DNA of 64,000 nt from Oscillospiraceae bacterium (lineage in GTDB: Bacteria > Bacillota > Clostridia > Oscillospirales > Oscillospiraceae), in contig JAFQZI010000035.1 in assembly GCA_017406005.1 (NCBI GenBank), forward strand, positions 35,823-99,822, given 5' to 3'. Below are positions 48,181 to 55,239 of the stretch, in pieces. The translations under genes and the position numbers were made by a program. A model generated the notes under the pieces. The model had not been told where the DNA came from. It saw nothing but the letters and a program-made list of their open reading frames with translations, and did not search any database. Position 1 is the first letter of the stretch, and every line of letters starts with the position of its first letter.

Positions 48181-48308
48181 TTTCAAAAACTTAGCTCGCG
48201 ACGGAGCACTAAAATCGAAGTGCAGTGATGTCTTCGCGAACATCCTGACCCGCGATGATCCTTGCTTCGCACAGAATGCACTTGTTACAAAGCGCCTAAA
48301 CAGTCACA
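48181..48308 (+). repeat. structured intergenic element, copy C, long form (core 48194-48241)
   Basis: GCTCGCGACGGAGCACTAAAATCGAAGTGCAGTGATGTCTTCGCGAAC, then the insert ATCCTGACCCGCGATGATCCTTGCTTCGCA, then the right module GAATGCACTTGTTACAAAGCGCCTAAACAGTCACA. Confidence 0.85.
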
Positions 48309-49082
48309 AATCCATTCAACTGACTTCCTTAACCCCTCCAGCATATGTTCGGGGCTATAATCATAAAGCTCGGCAATAACGGGAATATTGCCGGAGAGCT
48401 CCAGTATCTCCTTTATCTTGATAAATCCGCTTCCGACCGGGCACGGATACCGCACGGTACCATCTGCAATAATTCTCCCGATATCATCCGCATTGTCGGC
48501 TTCTCTTGTCCTGTCTTTCAAGTGCATCGCACACACTCTGCTTTGAAAATGCCGAAAAGCCTCCAACTCATCTTCCTGATGCATGATGAAGTTCCCCGTG
48601 TCAAAACAGCAGTACAGCCCTGAGATGTTTGAAAGAAAGCTCTCCAGCCCCGCAACGCTGTTGTAAGGAGAATCCAGCCTGTCCATATCCTCCATACATA
48701 CCTTGATGCCGCGCTTTCGGCCATACGCCACAGCAGCCTGTACCCCGTCAAGCAATGTTTTCATTGGCCCTTCCGGATGCGTTTCCGAACAATAGGGGAC
48801 AATCAGCACATTATCCGTGTTTACCTTCACAGCAGCGTCAATCAGTTCCTTGTATCCTTCCGGGTTTCTGTCAAGATCGATCCATGCGTGCAGGCCTGAT
48901 ACGGTTACCCCTGTGTTCTCCATCACAGCGTCGATTTCCGGCATATAATCTCTCAGGCTGTCAAGACAAACATAGATCCCGTTTAGCCCGGCTTCCTGGA
49001 GCATGGCTACTGCCTCGGTCATTGTGACACCGCAGAACTCTGCCCCGGTTCGTATATTCTCATAAAAAACAGATATGTTCAT
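48285..49082 (-). CDS. sugar phosphate isomerase/epimerase (xylose isomerase-like TIM barrel)
   Basis: 265-aa TIM-barrel family pattern (HAWIDL..., CFDTGNF, HLKD). The last 7 codons plus the stop lie inside repeat copy C. Confidence 0.75.
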   Translation of the reverse strand: MNISVFYENIRTGAEFCGVTMTEAVAMLQEAGLNGIYVCLDSLRDYMPEIDAVMENTGVTVSGLHAWIDLDRNPEGYKELIDAAVKVNTDNVLIVPYCSETHPEGPMKTLLDGVQAAVAYGRKRGIKVCMEDMDRLDSPYNSVAGLESFLSNISGLYCCFDTGNFIMHQEDELEAFRHFQSRVCAMHLKDRTREADNADDIGRIIADGTVRYPCPVGSGFIKIKEILELSGNIPVIAELYDYSPEHMLEGLRKSVEWICDCLGAL

Positions 49083-49101
49083 AACTCCTCCTTTTCTCGC
49101 C

Positions 49102-49806
49102 TTACCCCTTCAACAGCCAGCCGTTATCCCCATGATAAATCATCTGTTTTGTCATGCCGCCGTCGATGCAGATGTTCTCTCCGGTGATGAAGCCTGCTTT
49201 GTCCGAACATAGATACAGCACCATATTTGCAATGTCCATCGGATTCCCGACTCTGCCTGCAGGCTGCTGGACAGCATCCGGCCCCTTATAAGTAATGCCG
49301 TTTGTGTCAATCCACCCTGGAGAGATCGAATTAACGCGTACCTTTCCGGCAAAACTCACTGCCAAAGCATGGGTCAGCGCCGCAATTCCGCCTTTTGCCG
49401 CTGTATAGCTTTCAGTCTGCGGCTGGCTCATTCTGTCCCGGGAGGAAGAGATGTTGACAATGCTAGCCCCTTTAGCAAAATACGGGGCGAATAGCTTTGA
49501 AAGGTAAAAAGGTGCAGTTATGCCTACGGCAAGGGCGTACTGAAATTCCTCATACGTGCATGTGTCAATGCCCTTCATCAGTGGTAGTGCATTGTTGATA
49601 AGATAATCTACATGACCGTATTGTTCAATCACGGAGCTGGCAAAAGCTTCCAGCGCTTCTTTGTCTGCAAGATCTCCCACGAAAGTAGTTCCTGGTGTTC
49701 TGGAAATCGTACACACAACAGCCCCGCTTTTCCTGAATTCCTCAGCTATACATTTCCCAATCCCGCGAGATCCACCTGTCACTACTGCTATTTTTCCGGA
49801 AAACAT
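49102..49806 (-). CDS. SDR family oxidoreductase
   Basis: Motifs TGGSRGIG, NNA and YTAAKGG (YxxxK). Start at MFSGKIAVV. Confidence 0.88.
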   Translation of the reverse strand: MFSGKIAVVTGGSRGIGKCIAEEFRKSGAVVCTISRTPGTTFVGDLADKEALEAFASSVIEQYGHVDYLINNALPLMKGIDTCTYEEFQYALAVGITAPFYLSKLFAPYFAKGASIVNISSSRDRMSQPQTESYTAAKGGIAALTHALAVSFAGKVRVNSISPGWIDTNGITYKGPDAVQQPAGRVGNPMDIANMVLYLCSDKAGFITGENICIDGGMTKQMIYHGDNGWLLKG

Positions 49807-49854
49807 GGCATTTATTCCTTTCACAGGTATTTTATAGCCTGATAATTTTTTCAG

Positions 49855-50430
49855 CTAGTATCCGATACTACTTAATACCTCGTTAAGGCCTTTTGCAAAG
49901 GCCGCGTGACCATTTTCCGTGAAGTGTACTCCGTCATAGGTCAGTTCAACCTTCCATTCCTCTGCATCCGCATGGAAAATCCCGAGATGTTCCGCAACAG
50001 CCTTATAAGTTTTTCCCAGCTTCCGGGAGGCATCAATGAGTTCCTGCGAAGGCACCCAGCTCCCGCGTTTCATAACCGGCGGTGAAATGAGGAGAATTTT
50101 TGTGTCCGGAAAGGATTCCTGAAGAACTCTCAGAAAACGTTCCAGATTCAAAGCGATTTCATCCACAGGCTCCTCTTCCAGCAGATCGTTGCTGCCGAGC
50201 ATGACGATGATCAGATCCAGCGGCAGATAACTACGTATGGCATCGCAGTTAATCGCATACTGATATTCCCGTGGGATGCAGAGCCCGTTCTGCCCGCAGT
50301 TGATGATCTCCCTGCCATCTTTCTGCAGAAGGCATGTCCAGCGCACTGTTTCAGGATACCTGGATCCGATGTATGACCTCGGGTCAAAACCGTAGGTATT
50401 TGAATCGCCGATACAAAGAACACGTTTCAT
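49855..50430 (-). CDS. SGNH/GDSL hydrolase family protein
   Basis: Block I CIGDSNTYG, block III GSND, block V DGVH. The ORF-track N-terminal extension (to 50571) runs through repeat copy D and is rejected. Confidence 0.8.
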   Translation of the reverse strand: MKRVLCIGDSNTYGFDPRSYIGSRYPETVRWTCLLQKDGREIINCGQNGLCIPREYQYAINCDAIRSYLPLDLIIVMLGSNDLLEEEPVDEIALNLERFLRVLQESFPDTKILLISPPVMKRGSWVPSQELIDASRKLGKTYKAVAEHLGIFHADAEEWKVELTYDGVHFTENGHAAFAKGLNEVLSSIGY

Positions 50431-50459
50431 CATAATATAATCTATTCGGTCGCATCCTT

Positions 50460-50599
50460 CCCATTTTATTAGCTCGCGACGGAGCACTGAAATCGAAGTA
50501 CAGTGTTGTCTTCGCGAGCATCCTGACGCGCGACCTGACGTACGACGATCCTTGCCTCGCATAATATGCACCAGTTACGAAACGCCTGAACAGGTACAT
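50460..50599 (+). repeat. structured intergenic element, copy D, long form (core 50472-50519)
   Basis: GCTCGCGACGGAGCACTGAAATCGAAGTACAGTGTTGTCTTCGCGAGC, then the insert ATCCTGACGCGCGACCTGACGTACGACGATCCTTGCCTCGCA, then the right module TAATATGCACCAGTTACGAAACGCCTGAACAGGTACAT. Confidence 0.85.
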
Positions 50600-50628
50600 T
50601 ATAAACAATATTCCGCCTGATGAATAGT

Positions 50629-51381
50629 TTACTTATTTGCAAGCCAATGGGCGATATTCTGCCATAATCTGCCGTAATACTTCCAGTTGCAAAGCGTCAA
50701 AGGGGCCCAGTGCGGTGCACAGTCACAGGTATAAGCCATAGTTCTTCCTTTGCCGTATGTTGCTACAGCAATGATTGGGTCGCCATTATGCTCGGCAAGC
50801 AAAGTGCTGTCTGCTTTCAGGTTTGTACTGTTGTATCCGAGCATATTCGGGATTTGTTCATCAATACCGTCAAATACAGGATGATTCGGGGCAACGATAT
50901 CAGGAGAAAACCCTTCAGGCAGTTCTGCCCGGTCATCTGACTCGTAGAATTCTACCGGCATGATTTCCTCGATTGGCGTCCTCTTATAGCGTCCTTTTCC
51001 CTCAAAGCCCATGAAAGTAAGATAGCCGCCTATCATGCAAAAACTGCCGCCGTCAGCAACGTAATCCCGTACAAGAGCAAGCTTGTTAACGGATGGGTTT
51101 CCGTGTATAAAAGTCTTTGTGGGGAGCAGGAAAGTGTTGGCACCGACGTCACTGAACATCACGATGTCATATTTCCGAAGTTCCTCTGAACTCTCCGGAA
51201 AATCAAATTCAACTCTGTGGCTCGGAATATGGGTGAAATCGATTCCGCCGGCTTCAAAAAGATCCTTCATGATATAAGCGCATTCTTCATAGCGGTAGGT
51301 AGTGAAATAATCCACACCTTTTGTCTCTGTTGTCTGGATGAACCATGATTCACCGACAAACAATACATGGATCTTATCCAT
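50629..51381 (-). CDS. GATase1-like / ThuA-like domain protein (function unknown)
   Basis: 250 aa with a class-I glutamine amidotransferase-like fold pattern (VLFVGESW..., DIVMFSDVG, GGSFCMIGG). AAGGAGG RBS. Confidence 0.5.
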   Translation of the reverse strand: MDKIHVLFVGESWFIQTTETKGVDYFTTYRYEECAYIMKDLFEAGGIDFTHIPSHRVEFDFPESSEELRKYDIVMFSDVGANTFLLPTKTFIHGNPSVNKLALVRDYVADGGSFCMIGGYLTFMGFEGKGRYKRTPIEEIMPVEFYESDDRAELPEGFSPDIVAPNHPVFDGIDEQIPNMLGYNSTNLKADSTLLAEHNGDPIIAVATYGKGRTMAYTCDCAPHWAPLTLCNWKYYGRLWQNIAHWLANK

Positions 51382-51451
51382 TTTTGCCTCCTTAATAGAA
51401 AATATAATGTTTTGGATGACTGATGTTAAACGTTTTTTCGGGTTTTAGAGA

Positions 51452-51748
51452 TTATTCCTCTTCTTCCCGGCCAATTTTCGGCATTTTAATTGTGATAAAC
51501 TGAAGCAGATGCTTCTGTTTCAATATTTTGATCATCATTTTCTCCGCCAATGTCATCTGAGCCCGCTTGATCAGGCTGTACTGTTCCACAGCGGCGAGAA
51601 CAATGGGCATATCTCCCGGATGGACTGCTGCATCCAGCAGTTTGGTTATATCAATAATCTCCTGGCCGATCTCTTTATCTATTTCCGTGCGCTCTTCCAC
51701 ATTTTTTGCGCTTTTCCATTCATTTATCAGACTGCGGTTTTGATTCAT
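51452..51748 (-). CDS. hypothetical small protein (98 aa)
   Basis: Fits the gap between neighbouring genes on the same strand and has a weak AAAGG RBS. No motif recognised. Confidence 0.45.
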   Translation of the reverse strand: MNQNRSLINEWKSAKNVEERTEIDKEIGQEIIDITKLLDAAVHPGDMPIVLAAVEQYSLIKRAQMTLAEKMMIKILKQKHLLQFITIKMPKIGREEEE

Positions 51749-51848
51749 CGTTTTCTTTACCTTTCTTCTGGCTGCGCTATTTCCGTACCCGTTTTTTGTA
51801 TCTCCTGAAGAAAATCTCTCTCTTTACAGATATTATTGCTGTAATTGT

Positions 51849-52470
51849 CTAAGAGCATTCTTCGTACACACAATCCGTGATCGCGAGAGGGAGAATGCTG
51901 TTTGCGCTATACTTTGGATTGATCCAGTCTTGAATGACATCTTCCGGCAGGATCAGGGGCATCCTGTCATGGATAAACGCAATGTCTTCACCCGGCTCCC
52001 GTGTGAGGACTACGAAATGCGGATAATTGTTTTCCAGCCGATAGAGCCCGCAGAGCCAGGTGAGCTCCTGTCCTTTCGGCATTATTGCGTATTTCTTGCC
52101 AAGATCTTTTTTTTTCGTCCGGCCGCAGGTGATGCGCCCATTCATAATACCAGGAAGCCGGAACAATGCAGCGGTGGTTCATCCACGATTCCCGAAAGGT
52201 CTTCTTTGCCATTGCGGTTTCGGAACGTGCATTGATGATCGGCCGGTTGAGGCCTTCCATATGATATCCCCAGACCATGGGGAAGACTTTCTTTCCTCCG
52301 CTTTTGCCCGTGGCGATCACAGGCACAAGGTTATCCGGATAGATTTCTCCCTGTGTGATTAATCCTTTGCTGAGCCAGTTTAAATTGTTTTCCCGCAGCT
52401 TAGAGCGTTCTGCCGCCTCGACGATCGGCCGCAGCTCAGGGGACATTTCCATATAATATCTGCAGCACAT
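51849..52470 (-). pseudogene. SOS response-associated peptidase (SRAP/YedK family) interrupted by a +1 frameshift in an A9 run
   Basis: Two overlapping ORFs (51988-52563 and 51849-52166) carry consecutive SRAP motifs: MC at the N-terminus, IINARSET and RCIVPASWYYEW in the first, then LCGLYR and IHDRMPLIL in the second. They join in frame if the T9 run at 52107-52115 (A9 on the coding strand) is shortened by one base. Confidence 0.8.
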
Positions 52471-52786
52471 AGCATAAACCCGCTTGTTCAGTTTCCTTAT
52501 GTAGGCTTTGTTTTTTGAGGAGCCAGGGGATTTCCTGTTCATAATCGGAAAAAGCCTGATCAAATTATCTCATTTCATTCGTATTACGTCAAGGGAAAAA
52601 CATCGAAGAGTATTTCTTTTCAGAATACTCTTCGATCTTGTAATATATGGGTGATTTCAAATCAACCGAAATAACGTATACTGTACCTGAAAATGGCTCT
52701 GAGTACCCGTTTTTCTTGACGAACAGAGAGCTGAGTGAGATAATACTGATAATAAGATTATCCGATAGAGGAGTATGGTTATAACC

Positions 52787-53290
52787 ATGAGTAATATAAT
52801 ATTTGTAGGTATGCCGGCATCCGGAAAAAGTACAGTAGGTGTACTTTTAGCAAAAGCTTTAGCTATGGATTTTGTAGATACAGATATTCTGATTCAAAAG
52901 AAAACAGGAAAAAGACTTGAAGAGCTCATCAGGGAAAACGGAGTTGACGGCTTTCTCCGAATCGAAGAGAAAGTATGTGCTGCGCTGGAAGCAAATGATT
53001 CTGTGATTGCCACAGGTGGGAGCGTGGTATATAGTCAGGATGCCGTGGATCATTTAAAGTCTATCGGAACGGTTGTTTATCTTCAGGTAGATTTTGATGT
53101 TTTGAAAAATCGATTGAAGGATGTTATAGAGAGGGGAGTAATCATAAAAAACGGTCAGACCTTAGAGGATTTGTATAACGAGCGAGTACTTCTTTATGAG
53201 AAATACGCAGATATCACCATACAGGAAAAAAGAATGTCATTAGATGAAACGGTTAAAGAAGTGCATAAAATTGTTGTAATGTTGAGATAA
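52787..53290 (+). CDS. aroK: shikimate kinase
   Basis: Walker A motif GMPASGKST plus DTD and GGS motifs. The ATG at 52787 is preferred over 52775 on RBS spacing. Confidence 0.88.
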   Translation: MSNIIFVGMPASGKSTVGVLLAKALAMDFVDTDILIQKKTGKRLEELIRENGVDGFLRIEEKVCAALEANDSVIATGGSVVYSQDAVDHLKSIGTVVYLQVDFDVLKNRLKDVIERGVIIKNGQTLEDLYNERVLLYEKYADITIQEKRMSLDETVKEVHKIVVMLR

Positions 53291-53345
53291 ACAAATACTG
53301 TTTGCAAAAAAAGCAGAAGCTGATATTATCTCTGACTAAAAAACA

Positions 53346-53382
53346 GCGGCCTGAAGCGGATGACAAGTCTCGCTTCAGGCCG
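53346..53382. terminator. strong hairpin, probable bidirectional terminator
   Basis: Stem GCGGCCTGAAGCG/CGCTTCAGGCCG (12-13 bp). A T6 run follows on the minus strand and TTTAT follows on the plus strand. Confidence 0.55.
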
Positions 53383-53537
53383 TTTATCGTGATGAAGAAG
53401 GATCCGCTGATCTGCATGGTTCCGGTCAGTTCCCGAGATCATCGATTACAGCCGGAGGGTATCACAGGCGTTATGCATAGAGGTTTTCTATGAAATGAAT
53501 AAAGCCGCCTGAAAAATAGCGGCTTCCGGTATGTGAA

Positions 53538-53717
53538 TTATAATGAATTTCTTGCCTGCATTTTGGAAATAAGAGTACAGGATGATCTTTTGTATTCCGC
53601 TTCTGAAATAGCGTGGTGCTCGTAGATCGTCTTCAGCATTTCCAGCTGCTTCTGCAGTAGATCATTCCTGGAGTTGATTGTCCTTGACGTTGCTTTCGCC
53701 TCTGCAATGATATCCAT
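53538..53717 (-). CDS. small SHOCT-like protein (59 aa). Not in the ORF track because it is under 60 aa.
   Basis: AGGAGG lies 7 nt upstream of the ATG at 53717. Hand translation gives MDIIAEAKATSRTINSRNDLLQKQLEMLKTIYEHHAISEAEYKRSSCTLISKMQARNSL. The tail resembles the SHOCT pattern (L..L...G.IseaEY...). Confidence 0.55.
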   Translation of the reverse strand: MDIIAEAKATSRTINSRNDLLQKQLEMLKTIYEHHAISEAEYKRSSCTLISKMQARNSL

Positions 53718-53951
53718 CGTAAAACCTCCTGATGAACATTCTTGTTATCAGCAAAATCATTATATCGAAAAAGCATCAGGAAATGAAGATGGCAAGGTTT
53801 ACAATATTCAGTTAACATAAAGTCCTTTTTTCGGCAAAACTCCAAATTGACAATGACAGGTTGTTATGCTGTGCCAGGAAACGGAAACAGAATAGTAAAA
53901 CAAAAGTTTACTGGTAAATTTTCTGTCTTTTTTTATAAGTTCAGCCTAACT

Positions 53952-53999
53952 GCTCGCGAAGACAACATTCTACTTCGCCTTTAATGCTCCGTCGCGAGC
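53952..53999 (-). repeat. structured intergenic element, copy E (core only, inverted orientation)
   Basis: The reverse complement reads GCTCGCGACGGAGCATTAAAGGCGAAGTAGAATGTTGTCTTCGCGAGC. Confidence 0.85.
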
Positions 54000-54121
54000 T
54001 AATTCCAGGTGCAAGAATGAACTGAATGGTTTAGTTTAGAAGTTTTTCTTTCCTTTTTCCCACTGTACGTTTATAATAAAAACATAACAAGCGTCAGTTC
54101 CGGAAAGGAGTTGAGAAGGCC

Positions 54122-55237
54122 ATGAAAGTTGTCCTTCAGAATCTTACCAAGAGGTTCCCCAATCGAAACAAAAAGGGTGCGGATGTCATCGCTGTCAACA
54201 ATTTCTCTTTGGAAATCCCGGACGGAAAGCTGATCGGGCTTTTGGGGAGTTCGGGATGCGGGAAATCCACCTGTCTGAATCTGATCAGCGGTCTTGAAAA
54301 ACCAACAGCAGGGAAGATCTTCTTCGGTGATGATGACGTCACGGATCTCCCGCCCGAAAACAGAGGCGTGGGTCTTGTTTTTCAGAATTATGCGCTTTAC
54401 CCGCATCTGACGGTGCGCCAGAACATTCTTTTCCCGCTGCAGAATCTCAAGGGGGCCGACAGGCCGTCCAAGCCCGAGATGGAGAAGAGGGCACTGGAGG
54501 CTGCAAAACTGGTGCAGATTGATTCCCTGATGGATCGCCGCCCGAATGAGCTTTCCGGCGGGCAGCAGCAGCGCGTCGCCATTGCTCGCGCTCTGGTCAA
54601 GATGCCGCGAGTTCTCCTTCTGGATGAACCGCTTTCCAACCTCGATGCCCGCCTCCGCCTGCAAACGCGCGAGGAAATCCGCCGTATCCAGCGTGAGACC
54701 GGTATTACGACGGTATTTGTCACACACGATCAGGACGAAGCCATGAGTATCTCCGATCTGATTGTAATCATGAATGCCGGTGTTATCAACCAGGTCGGCA
54801 AACCGCAGGATGTTTATGACGATCCGGCTAATCTCTTCGTTGCAAAGTTTTTGGGTACTCCCGGCATTAATCTTTTCCGCGGAAAAGTCCTGAATGAACA
54901 GCTCCTGATCGGCGGGGAATCGGTGATGCCGGCAAAAGGCATTAAAGACGGTCCTGTCATTGCAGGCATCCGGCCGGAAGGATTTGTTCTCAATCCGCAG
55001 GGTGCTTTTTCCTGCACGCTTGACAGGGTAGAAGTCATGGGGCGGGATACCAGCATTGTTTCACACCACAGTGAATCTCTCAATGATACGATTCGTTCGA
55101 TCATCCCTGCAGAGAACACGGTGGATCCGGACGTCGGTACAGTACATTTTGACCTGAAACCGGCAAAGGTCTTTCTGTTTGATCCGGAATCTGAAGTTCG
55201 GATACCCGTTGCCGGTTCACTGGGCGGGAGAGAATAA
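54122..55237 (+). CDS. ABC transporter ATP-binding protein (MalK/UgpC/MsmK-like)
   Basis: Walker A GSSGCGKST, signature LSGGQQQR, Walker B LLLDEP, and a C-terminal TOBE-like regulatory domain. Confidence 0.92.
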   Translation: MKVVLQNLTKRFPNRNKKGADVIAVNNFSLEIPDGKLIGLLGSSGCGKSTCLNLISGLEKPTAGKIFFGDDDVTDLPPENRGVGLVFQNYALYPHLTVRQNILFPLQNLKGADRPSKPEMEKRALEAAKLVQIDSLMDRRPNELSGGQQQRVAIARALVKMPRVLLLDEPLSNLDARLRLQTREEIRRIQRETGITTVFVTHDQDEAMSISDLIVIMNAGVINQVGKPQDVYDDPANLFVAKFLGTPGINLFRGKVLNEQLLIGGESVMPAKGIKDGPVIAGIRPEGFVLNPQGAFSCTLDRVEVMGRDTSIVSHHSESLNDTIRSIIPAENTVDPDVGTVHFDLKPAKVFLFDPESEVRIPVAGSLGGRE

Positions 55238-55239
55238 CC

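Noticed and set aside
45939-50599. Integron attC sites / gene cassette array
   Set aside because: There is no intI gene. The bracketed genes are on both strands. The element ends (…GTTACAA / GTTACGA) do not fit the GTTRRRY core site. The resemblance is limited to imperfect palindromes between genes.
50384-50608. 74-aa minus-strand ORF, and the N-terminal 47-aa extension of the SGNH hydrolase ORF (50434-50571)
   Set aside because: Both read through repeat copy D. The translated sequence is repeat-derived (Arg/Ser-rich). The SGNH family N-terminus begins at MKRVLCIGDSNTYG.
53302-53493. 63-aa plus-strand ORF after aroK
   Set aside because: It has a TTG-type start and no RBS. It reads through the 12-bp-stem hairpin at 53346-53382.
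35050-53999. CRISPR array as an explanation for the five repeats
   Set aside because: The copies are 2-11 kb apart with complete genes between them. One copy is inverted. Copy lengths differ, and no cas genes are present. This is not CRISPR architecture.
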